64,000 bases of DNA, from the NCBI GenBank assembly GCA_020348925.1, contig CP070758.1, positions 2,805,688 to 2,869,687 of the forward strand, read 5' to 3'. Of the stretch, positions 50,326 to 59,099 are shown in pieces. Below the pieces are notes generated by a model that did not search any database, was not told the DNA's origin, and saw only the letters and a list, made by a program, of their open reading frames with translations. A program made the position numbers and the translations under genes. The stretch is from Gemmatimonadota bacterium. Its GTDB lineage: Bacteria; JBHIER01; G020348925. The first letter of the stretch is position 1, and every line of letters starts with the position of its first letter.

Positions 50326-52881
50326 TCATCTATATTGAAAGTTACCTCCAGGCTCCAACCGTTCTGAGGCTATTGGTACACACTCGCCAATACCCAGAAT
50401 CACATTAATCATACCCAAAGCATCCAAGATGTCCACACCTCCATCACCATTGCAGTCGGCTCGATCTAATGGATCACCTATTAGACGGATTGTACCTAAA
50501 ATATGATTCACAACGGTAAGCACGTCCAAAACATCTATGGCGCCTTGACAGTCAATATTACCTATTTCTACTTCAGCCTGATCCGGATTGTACACCTGGG
50601 GGCAATTGTCCTCCTCGCATTCGTTGGCAGGGAACCCGGGATCGCCGTATCCGTCCCCGTCGGTGTCCATGCACGCGTCGCATGCATCACCGCTGCCGTC
50701 ATTATCGCCATCGACCTGGTCCGGGTTGACCTCTCCCGGACAGTTGTCGCAGACGTCGCCGATGGTGTCACCGTCATCGTCCTCCTGGTCCGGATTGTAG
50801 TCATTCGGACAGTTGTCCTCGAAGTCAAGAACCCCGTCCTCATCACTATCCGTTATCGCAGGATTGAGGTTGATACCCTGAATCCAGGCGACGTTAGTCA
50901 GTATCCCGATATTCCCGTGTGCCGAGAAATCCGAACTCGTTTCGCCATTGCCCTCGTTCATCTTCCAATAGCCCACCAATCCAGGCTCCATACCCGACAG
51001 GTACGAGTCCATGGTGGTCTGGATCTCCTCCCCTGTGCGCCTGATATTCCACAGGCGAACCTCATCAATGATGCCATCAAATCCGAAACTGCCGGTGACA
51101 TCATTTCCGATGACCAGATTATGAGAGCTGTTGTCTTCAATCGGACCCGAGGGCGGGATGGATTGAGTGACCACCCGCTCAATGCCATCAACGTACATTT
51201 TCACCTCATTGCCCGTGCCCCTATAGGTGACGGCCACGTGCTGCCACTGGCCGAGCGTGATGGAGGCTTCGGGACTGTTGGAATAACTGATCGTACCATC
51301 ACTGTGAGTAAGCTGCAAAACCGCACTGTGGGGGTGCATCCCCAGGTACGAGTCGACGAGGTAGAGAGAGATGTGATGCTTATCGATCAATCGACCCAGG
51401 CCGAAGTTGAGGAAATTACCCCAGCTCGAAGGATGAACCCAGGCTTCGACGGTCAGCTCATCCGTCAGGTTGAGGCTCGGGGTGGCGGAGCAGAAGGCAT
51501 GGCTGCCCTGACCGGTAAATTCGAGAGCACTCTCCCCGTCGAAGACGCGGACATAATCGTCAGAGCTCTTCGTATATTCCAACGTATCGCTCGAAATGTG
51601 GAGAGATACCGTATAGGTGCCCGGGTCTTCGTAGGTGAAGAACGGATGCTGCTCCTCGGCGTCGATGAGGCCGTCACTGTTGAAATCCCATCTCCAAACA
51701 GTGATAGGCTCCATGACAATGGAGGCATCAGTGAATTGGACACCCAGGGGGGCATGACCTGTGATCGGATCGGCCTGAAAGTGGGCTCCGATGAGGTCGC
51801 TTTCCCACCATTCGATTCGATTGCAGTCGTTTCCGGCTCCCAGGACATCCGGATCACCGTCCCCGTCCACGTCGGCCACATAGACATCGCTGGCACCATC
51901 AAAGGCGCCCCCTGTAACGGAGTGCTCAATGAAAAGGTGTTGACCGTTGTTTTCCCACCATTTGATATCGTCGGACGTCTCCCCGGCGCTGAGGATGTCA
52001 ATGTCGCCATCATTATCCATATCCGCCGCATACACGGAAGCGGCACATCGTAAATTGTCCGTGAGCGTATGCATGGTGAAGTTCTGGTTTCCGTTGTTCT
52101 CCCACCAGGCGACGGAGCTGCCGCAGGCCGCACCCAGAATATCGATGTCATCGTCGCCGTCCACATCCGTCGCGTACACCCAATGTGCCCAGGGAAAGGG
52201 AAAAAAGTGCTCTGTGAAGTTCTGGGCCCCGTCATTTTCCCACCAGAGGATGCCGCCGGAGGCCGTATACGATGCGCCATACACCTGAACAATACTCTGT
52301 TCGTCCTTCAGGGCATAGATGCAGGTGCCGCGAATGCGGGGAGAAATGGCGTGGTCGGTAAAGTTCTGATTTCCGTCATTTTCGAACCAGACGAAATCCT
52401 CCTCCCAGTTCGAACATAGCACATCGATATCCAGGTCTCCATCCACATCCGTTGCATAGATCGTGTGGGGTTCACCGTAGCTGTCGGAAATCAGATGCTC
52501 GGTGAATTGACAATCTCCATCGTTCTCCCACCATGTGACCCTGTCCGGATGAAAGGCTGCACTGACCACATCAACATCGCCATCTCCGTCGATGTCGGCA
52601 AACTCGACGGTCCGAACAGTATCGTAATCCTCGCTCAGGGCGTGCTCGATGAAGTTTTGATTGCCGTCGTTTTCCCACCACTTGACACCCTCGTCCACAT
52701 ATGCCCCCCCAATAACATCCACATCTCCGTCCTGATCCAGATCGACGGCCCGCACCGTCATGGTCACGTCAAAGTTTTCTCCGATGATGTGCTCAGTGAA
52801 GGCTATTTCCATAGCCTTGACTGAGGAGGTGGTCAGGGTCACAACCAAGCTGAGAATAATACCTTGAAATATCCTGTTCAT
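50326..52881 (-). CDS. Secreted FG-GAP/VCBS propeller, PKD, LamG, TSP3 and dockerin (no CTD)
   Basis: DxDGDGDxD...WWENDG repeats; shared chassis; ends 17 aa after GEC. Confidence 0.9.
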   Translation of the reverse strand: MNRIFQGIILSLVVTLTTSSVKAMEIAFTEHIIGENFDVTMTVRAVDLDQDGDVDVIGGAYVDEGVKWWENDGNQNFIEHALSEDYDTVRTVEFADIDGDGDVDVVSAAFHPDRVTWWENDGDCQFTEHLISDSYGEPHTIYATDVDGDLDIDVLCSNWEEDFVWFENDGNQNFTDHAISPRIRGTCIYALKDEQSIVQVYGASYTASGGILWWENDGAQNFTEHFFPFPWAHWVYATDVDGDDDIDILGAACGSSVAWWENNGNQNFTMHTLTDNLRCAASVYAADMDNDGDIDILSAGETSDDIKWWENNGQHLFIEHSVTGGAFDGASDVYVADVDGDGDPDVLGAGNDCNRIEWWESDLIGAHFQADPITGHAPLGVQFTDASIVMEPITVWRWDFNSDGLIDAEEQHPFFTYEDPGTYTVSLHISSDTLEYTKSSDDYVRVFDGESALEFTGQGSHAFCSATPSLNLTDELTVEAWVHPSSWGNFLNFGLGRLIDKHHISLYLVDSYLGMHPHSAVLQLTHSDGTISYSNSPEASITLGQWQHVAVTYRGTGNEVKMYVDGIERVVTQSIPPSGPIEDNSSHNLVIGNDVTGSFGFDGIIDEVRLWNIRRTGEEIQTTMDSYLSGMEPGLVGYWKMNEGNGETSSDFSAHGNIGILTNVAWIQGINLNPAITDSDEDGVLDFEDNCPNDYNPDQEDDDGDTIGDVCDNCPGEVNPDQVDGDNDGSGDACDACMDTDGDGYGDPGFPANECEEDNCPQVYNPDQAEVEIGNIDCQGAIDVLDVLTVVNHILGTIRLIGDPLDRADCNGDGGVDILDALGMINVILGIGECVPIASERLEPGGNFQYR

Positions 52882-53059
52882 AGCGTTCCCTCTCTTTAAG
52901 AAGTTGTTTCAAAGGTAACGGGATTCGGATACGTTCGGAAGGGTCTGCGGTTCGACCGGAATCCTTTTTCTATTTTGATCACTGTCAAAAAACGGTTGAA
53001 AACTCCGGTTGTACAATTGCGTTTTAGTAACTCATGTTAGCGAAACGAAGCGGCGTTTA

Positions 53060-55378
53060 CTACTTGTTTGAAAATGATGACGAACATTCGCCCGTCCCGA
53101 GAACGACGTTCACAATACCCAAGGCATCGATAATATCGATGTCTCCATCTCCGTTACAGTCCGCCGCCCAGATCTGCGAGGATGACGGTTGCATCACACC
53201 CAGAATGATATTCACGGCCGCCAACACATCCAATATGTCTGTCCCACCATCCTGATTGATGTCCCCCCGGCTGGGAACGTAGCTGAACCACTGGAGTGCA
53301 TTCCTCAACAATGTCCCTCGAACCTCATCATCATGTCCAGTCATGGCTCGAATACGCGCAAGCTCCAGGGCGAAATAGACAATTTTGTAAGCCCCATCGT
53401 ACTTGATAGCAGCAGCTTCGCCAGAAATTTGATAGGTAAGTACCGGACTCGCTCCTTCCCGCGGGGCAATAACGCTGGGAGAGCTTTGATTCTGGTCCAT
53501 GGGGAGAAAGGTAAAACCGCCGGAGATCGGATCGCCTGCAACTCCATACAAAAACGTCTCCTCATTGGAATCATTGATATACTCGGCATGGAGGTAATTC
53601 GCATAGAAAGCCGCGTCAGTTGCTGAACCATCCTCGACCAGATCGTACCCGATGTTCGATCCGGCTATCAGCAGATTTCCTCCCCCATCCAAAAATCCGG
53701 CTACTGCGGACTGCTCCTCGCCGGTCAACGTACTCTCCCGGTCATCCCCCGTAAACCAGACAACGGCCTCGTACTCCAGGAGCGTCTCCGTCATCGCCCC
53801 ACCAGACAGCCACACATCCCATACAATCGGATAGATCTCCTTCGTCCTCAAAGCTTCCACGTAGACTTCCTCATACGCCATGCCACCATCATCATCCACC
53901 AGCAGAACCGTTGTGGTCCCGATGATGAGCTCGAAGCTCGCGGTCGCTTCATAACCGCCGTCTGCCGAAATATCCAGATGAAATAGAGTCGGATGCGCAG
54001 CAGTCCCAGAACCGACGGAGAAAGAAAAGGGATCGTCCTCGTTATCGGCGCTCCCATCTCTGGGCAGGTCAGAGAAATTTGCGGTCCCTGTTATAATCTG
54101 GACATCCGGATCATCCGCAGTGAGCGTAGCCGAGACCCCTGTGGCATCTAACCGCGAATTGCTGAAGATCACGATGAGATCGACCGTCTCTCCCCCATCG
54201 GCCCGACCATTGTTATTCCCCTGGCTGTCATCGATTCTGTATGCGGAGAACCGTATCAATGGAGCATCGAAGAGAGAATATACCCGTGCTCCCATATCCG
54301 CCCTCGTGCCATCCGGGTCCAAGGGACTCTCAGGGTCGCCGGAATCGATACACGGGGAATTCTGGGAGAGGTTATAGTCGGCGTCCTCGAAGCGGGGATC
54401 GGCCTCAATATTCCCAACTCCGGGATAGCCGCCCTCAATATCACTGTATATGATATTCACGTCACCCGCTATCTGCCCCCCCTGGATCTGGGTATTTCCC
54501 CAGATGATATTATTACGCGCAGTTATGGTGGTCACCAAGCCAAATATGGAGATGGCCCCTCCGTTGGTGGCCGAGGAGTTTTCAACAATGGTGTTATTCT
54601 CAATGACAATCGGTGCCGGGCCATTTCCGATCACCCACTATGCACCACCCCCATAGCTCTGTCCGGCCGTATTTTTGCACATAATGTTTCCCCGAATCCT
54701 ACCTCCCGAATAATCGGTGACCATCCCGGCCCCGTAAAGGGCAATATTAGATGCGATAACATTATTGAGAATAAGGGGATTGCCATAGTAACAGAGCAGC
54801 CCGCCACCCTGGGCACCTTCGACACCGCTCATATTTGTCACCTCGTTATTGATAATGATGTTGTCCCGAATGGTGGGAGAGGATTTATAGGTCAAAATAC
54901 CACCCCCCGCACGAAATGTCATGTGAGCATACAGATCGTCATGCCACCTCGTGCCACGGCCGCCAGTGAGTGTAAACCCTTGTAACACAGCAGAGGAATC
55001 TTCCCCGGAGCACATGACCACGCAACTGGCCGAATCGGGGTTCGTGGGACTGCTGCCATCGATGATCGTCGTTTCGACGAAATTGGCATCTCCCGTAGTC
55101 ACGAAATGGCTGGCAACTACAATATTTTTACCGATAAAGTTTACATTTTCAACATACGTACCGGGAGCGACCAAAACAGTATCGCCATCCGCAGCCGCTG
55201 CAATTCCACTTTGGATCGTGGGCCGATCATCAGGAACATGAATCACCGTTCCCAGAACATTCGTGTTCAGGAGTAAAAGTACCGACACAAAACCAATGAC
55301 ATTTTTGGAAACCTGACACGCATAAGCGTTCATACAGATCCCAACTCGACGCGCACTTCCCACAAGAATCTTTCTCAT
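53060..55378 (-). pseudogene. Secreted right-handed beta-helix protein, Ig-like and VLLVDDD domains, and dockerin (no CTD); one in-frame TAG at 54638-54640
   Basis: ORFs 54638..55378 and 53060..54634 are in one frame, reading SYGGGA*WVIGNG. Motifs IHVPDDRPTIQSGI, GDTVLVAPGTYVEN, SPCIDSGDP...RADMGA and dockerin GDINQDGGTDILD. Confidence 0.85.
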
Positions 55379-55469
55379 GACAACCTCCTTTCCGGTTTGA
55401 AAGTTTCAGATGAAATTCAGGATCAACCTGAAAAAATCGGCCCGAAGTTATAAAAAACCGAAGTGCCTT

Positions 55470-55494
55470 GTCGACCAATTTTAGAAAGTCGGAC
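55470..55494. promoter_or_regulatory. Candidate operator upstream of the beta-helix/dockerin gene
   Basis: GTCGAC-caattttagaaa-GTCGGAC imperfect dyad about 90 nt upstream of ATG 55378, downstream of the AraC gene. Confidence 0.35.
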
Positions 55495-55677
55495 GTTTTT
55501 TTGAAAAAAAGGAGGTAAAAAAGGTTGGTGAATTATTTGGAGGGAGGTTCCTACATTATTGAAGATGCAGAAAATCTGTCAATCTATATTCCTTTTCAGA
55601 TTGGGGAATCTTCCGCTCTTTATTTCAATCTTATATGGAGCTGAGCTGAGCGTTCTATCAGACCAGCGTACCGGATG

Positions 55678-55765
55678 TGTCATTCTGAACAGAGCAACGC
55701 GACGTGAAGAATCTCACTCACAAGGCAAGAGATTCTTCGCCCGATAAATCGTTCTCAGAATGACA
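55678..55765. repeat. Cruciform palindromic intergenic element, copy C
   Basis: TGTCATTCTGA...GAAGAATCTC...GAGATTCTTC...TCAGAATGACA. Confidence 0.78.
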
Positions 55766-55872
55766 TCTAAGTCGTATCGATTGCAAAGAATCACTCAATT
55801 TATATTGTATTTTATTAAGCCCTGTGTCTCTGCATCTTTGTGGCGAATGATCCGGGCTGAAAACATGAAAAA

Positions 55873-57006
55873 TCAGTTCTGATTTGATTTTTTGAACTCA
55901 CTTGGAGTCATTCCGGTCTGTTTTTTGAATACCTCGTTAAAGGTCGATTTTGAATTAAAGCCAACCTCGTACAGGATTTCCAGTATCGTCATGTCATTAT
56001 TCGTCGGCTCCATCATGAGGCGTTTTGCCTCTTCAACTCTATAATTATTTATAAAATTAAAAAAATTCTGATTGAAGGACGTGTTGATAACCCGTGAGAG
56101 ATGCCAACTGGGAATGGACAATTTCTCGGAGAGATCGTCGATGGTTAATTGTGGTATGAGATAGGGTTTCTGGGTCTCCATAAAATTCTTCAGTTTTTCT
56201 ATATACTTTTGAATATCGGTTTGAGGTAGCCCTGAGTTCGCATACTTTTGTTTTCCCTCTATTCCCGAGAATATTTTCAGTTGATGTAAACCTTTAATAA
56301 CCAAGATCGTTGTAAAAACGAGAAATATCGTTATCGAGAATAAATCCATGATACTGGTAACAATACCTACATGTGCATTCAGAAGGCTCAGCGTGCTCCT
56401 GGATACGACGAATACCCAGTGCAAAGAAATAAGGACCAAAAGAGATACAACCCAATGTAAGTTGATCCTCTCCAGCGATGAATACAAATTCTTCAATTTT
56501 GTCTGATAGATATAGACTGTACGGAGCATGGCGACGATGTAGAAGAATATCTGGACAAAATTGGCAGTCCAGAACATTTTCCAAAAGTGGGAGACGAACG
56601 TATTTTGCAGAACGGTCAATTCCACAGCCGATGGTGAGGATTGAATCTGACTCCGGATTATGGCCAAAATGACAATACCAGCAAAGGGAATGAAATGAAC
56701 CGCATCTTTCCTTCTTAGCGAAAAATCTCTGTAGCACAGAGATTTTATATAGAAATAGAGCCAGGGTGCCAGCAGGAAAAACGCCGAACAGCTCACGTAA
56801 TAGACGGATCGAAAATTCTCAAAGGAGAGGATCCAGAAACGAAATGAGAACCATCGGACCATCAAAAACGATTTTGACAGCAAAAAAGCCACGAGCAGAT
56901 TTTTGTTCGATCGCTTTCCACCATGCTGTCTCAGTATCACAACCGCCAACAATATCAACAGAAAGCCGGCTGTTGTGAGAACAATATCTGTAAGCAGCGC
57001 AATCAT
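55873..57006 (-). CDS. Membrane-anchored AraC-family transcriptional regulator
   Basis: About 7 N-terminal hydrophobic segments; KPYLIPQLTIDDLS...NFFNFINNYRVEEAK...EVGFNSKSTFNEVFKKQTGMTPSEFK. Confidence 0.93.
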   Translation of the reverse strand: MIALLTDIVLTTAGFLLILLAVVILRQHGGKRSNKNLLVAFLLSKSFLMVRWFSFRFWILSFENFRSVYYVSCSAFFLLAPWLYFYIKSLCYRDFSLRRKDAVHFIPFAGIVILAIIRSQIQSSPSAVELTVLQNTFVSHFWKMFWTANFVQIFFYIVAMLRTVYIYQTKLKNLYSSLERINLHWVVSLLVLISLHWVFVVSRSTLSLLNAHVGIVTSIMDLFSITIFLVFTTILVIKGLHQLKIFSGIEGKQKYANSGLPQTDIQKYIEKLKNFMETQKPYLIPQLTIDDLSEKLSIPSWHLSRVINTSFNQNFFNFINNYRVEEAKRLMMEPTNNDMTILEILYEVGFNSKSTFNEVFKKQTGMTPSEFKKSNQN

Positions 57007-57227
57007 AGGCAGAAGCTCCTATGAATTTCTTCGATGATGAATCATTCAAACCATGATTGAAATATTGATCATTATTATGGCATTTTCAGTTGCATTTTAT
57101 TCTTCGTGCTTGGCCGGCAAAAAATATATTGGATTTTTACACTATTACAATCTTCTTATCTCAAGAAATAATCAATAGGATCCCGAAAGAAAGGACCAGT
57201 TTTTCACATTGGACAACAGACAACGTC

Positions 57228-57330
57228 GAAAAGTTACAAGGGTCAGAGGTGCGGAGATGCAAGGGAGCAGGGAAGTGAATACGGAAACGGGAAACTGGAA
57301 GGCGAATGAGCGAAGGAACAGAGGAGGGAA
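57228..57330 (+). repeat. Purine-rich degenerate 8-mer/7-mer tandem tract
   Basis: agaggtgc ggagatgc aagggagc agggaagt, then ggaaacg ggaaact ggaaggc, in non-coding DNA. Confidence 0.45.
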
Positions 57331-57440
57331 TGTGCATCGATGTGACAACGGAGGTGGGAAAATGGAGACCGGTCTCGGGATGAGGGAAAGCCGAATGCAC
57401 AATTCCAGTGGCTCGACCCTAGCCACTCCTTCCGAAAACA

Positions 57441-59084
57441 TTACCGGATATTTAAAACTTTCCCGTCAACAGTATTTGGATATGGCACTCCAGCCATATG
57501 AGCCAAAGTTGGAGCGATGTCGATGGTCCTGGCGGGCTCTTTTGAAACACCCGGTGAGATCCCTTTTCCCATGAAAATGATGGGCACTTCCTGATCGTAC
57601 CAATACGAAGAGGCGTGGGCCGATCGGGCTGTATAGAGTTGAGCGTTCTCAACAAACTCCACGATCAGGCCGTAATTGCCGGGATGTTTCGGACTGACAT
57701 TGCCCCTGAGAATTTCATCCGTCCACAATGGAAAAGTCGTTTTCAAACCAGGTATAAACGTATTCCTGTATGATTTCAGGATATGATCTGCCGGACCGTT
57801 TCCGGCAAGGTCATCCGGCGTCATGGCTCTGGCAATGAAATCGGACTTTTCAAGCTCCCGGGCAATGCGGGACGGGAGTGCCTCTTCGGGACCGGAATAA
57901 TTGTCGATAAAATTTTCTATTTCCGAGAGCAGGTTCTTGAGTTCCTCCTGGGCGACCCGCTTCGCCGGTCGCCCCTGCTCGATCTCATATTCAACAATAT
58001 TCGGTCCTCCGTGGTCACCTGTCAAGGCAATGATACAGTTATTTTTTCCCAAAGTCGCATCGAGGAAATCGAAGAATCCTCCCAATTCCCGGTCCAGTCT
58101 TACTATAACATCAAGCTGTTCAAGACTCCTCGGACCAAAGTCATGTCCGATGCGGTCCGTCAATCCAACCGATATGGCCAGAAAATCCGTTGCATTTCGC
58201 CCTCCGAGTTCAAGGACTTGAATACACTCTTTTGCCAGGGCAAAGAGAGCCTCGTTCGCGTACGGGCTGAATCTGGAAAAATATGCATTCACTGTTTGTT
58301 GATGTATCTCTTGATAGAAATCTCCGATATGATGGGGAAAGGTAGTATGAATACCGTCGAATTCGCACGGAGCTTGATCAGGCCTCGCTAAATGCCGAAA
58401 CGCTTCAGGTACTGAATTTTCCCATTCCAGTTTTTCTTTATACTCAGGCAAGATCTCATCGTTGAACTTTTCCAGCCAATCAGGGTAATCGTCTCGATAG
58501 TAGGTTGATGTCACAAACTGACCTGCAGAAGGTTCTATCCAGTAGACATGATTTTGGGATTTGTCGAGCACTGGTTTGCCTCCATAACACAGTGCAGTCG
58601 TTGTAATATTTAGAGAAACACTCCTGCAATCAGGATCGACACTTTTCATCCAGTCGCCGAGACCCGTAACTTTTGTGATCCTCGGTGAAAAACTCAAAGC
58701 ATCTGGATAACCAAGGATGTGTTCTTCCTCATCAACAAATATCAATTTCCTGTACCCATCCTCGGTAATGATGTCATTTGTCACCACTCCGTGTGTCCTC
58801 GGATGAGCGCCTGTATATATTGTGGTATGGCCGGGCCACGACAAGGTCGGCGCGTGATCGACCAGGGCCGTATCGTACCTCCACCCTTGATCCCGCAGTC
58901 GTCTGAAACCACCCGTAAAAACGCTGTCGTACCGTTCAAGATACCCGGCACGGAACTGGTCCAGCGTGATCATAACGACAAGCTTTGGCTTTTCTTTCGC
59001 ACTGTCCTGTGCACATGAATGAAAGAATATCACTACGATAATAGAAAATACTATACGGATAAACGTGATGGGGAAGTATTGCAT
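57441..59084 (-). CDS. Alkaline phosphatase superfamily lipoprotein (PafA/nucleotide pyrophosphatase-like)
   Basis: Lipobox-like FFHSC; KPKLVVMITLDQFR, PTLSWPGHTTIYTG, DRIGHDFGP, TGDHG, VPIIFMG and DIAPTLA. Confidence 0.9.
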   Translation of the reverse strand: MQYFPITFIRIVFSIIVVIFFHSCAQDSAKEKPKLVVMITLDQFRAGYLERYDSVFTGGFRRLRDQGWRYDTALVDHAPTLSWPGHTTIYTGAHPRTHGVVTNDIITEDGYRKLIFVDEEEHILGYPDALSFSPRITKVTGLGDWMKSVDPDCRSVSLNITTTALCYGGKPVLDKSQNHVYWIEPSAGQFVTSTYYRDDYPDWLEKFNDEILPEYKEKLEWENSVPEAFRHLARPDQAPCEFDGIHTTFPHHIGDFYQEIHQQTVNAYFSRFSPYANEALFALAKECIQVLELGGRNATDFLAISVGLTDRIGHDFGPRSLEQLDVIVRLDRELGGFFDFLDATLGKNNCIIALTGDHGGPNIVEYEIEQGRPAKRVAQEELKNLLSEIENFIDNYSGPEEALPSRIARELEKSDFIARAMTPDDLAGNGPADHILKSYRNTFIPGLKTTFPLWTDEILRGNVSPKHPGNYGLIVEFVENAQLYTARSAHASSYWYDQEVPIIFMGKGISPGVSKEPARTIDIAPTLAHMAGVPYPNTVDGKVLNIR

Positions 59085-59099
59085 AGCAATCCTTGTCCT

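Noticed and set aside
50503-52053. 516-aa plus-strand ORF (also 19750..20784, 20953..21954, 61595..62707, 44476..45264, 6067..6948)
   Set aside because: These are antisense shadows of well-supported minus-strand genes. Their Ile/Val/Arg-rich translations mirror the Asp/Asn/Gly codons on the coding strand and show no family motifs.
22363-54640. Alternative genetic code explaining the two internal stops
   Set aside because: The two stops are different codons (TAA and TAG), and both codons terminate many other genes here at their expected C-termini.
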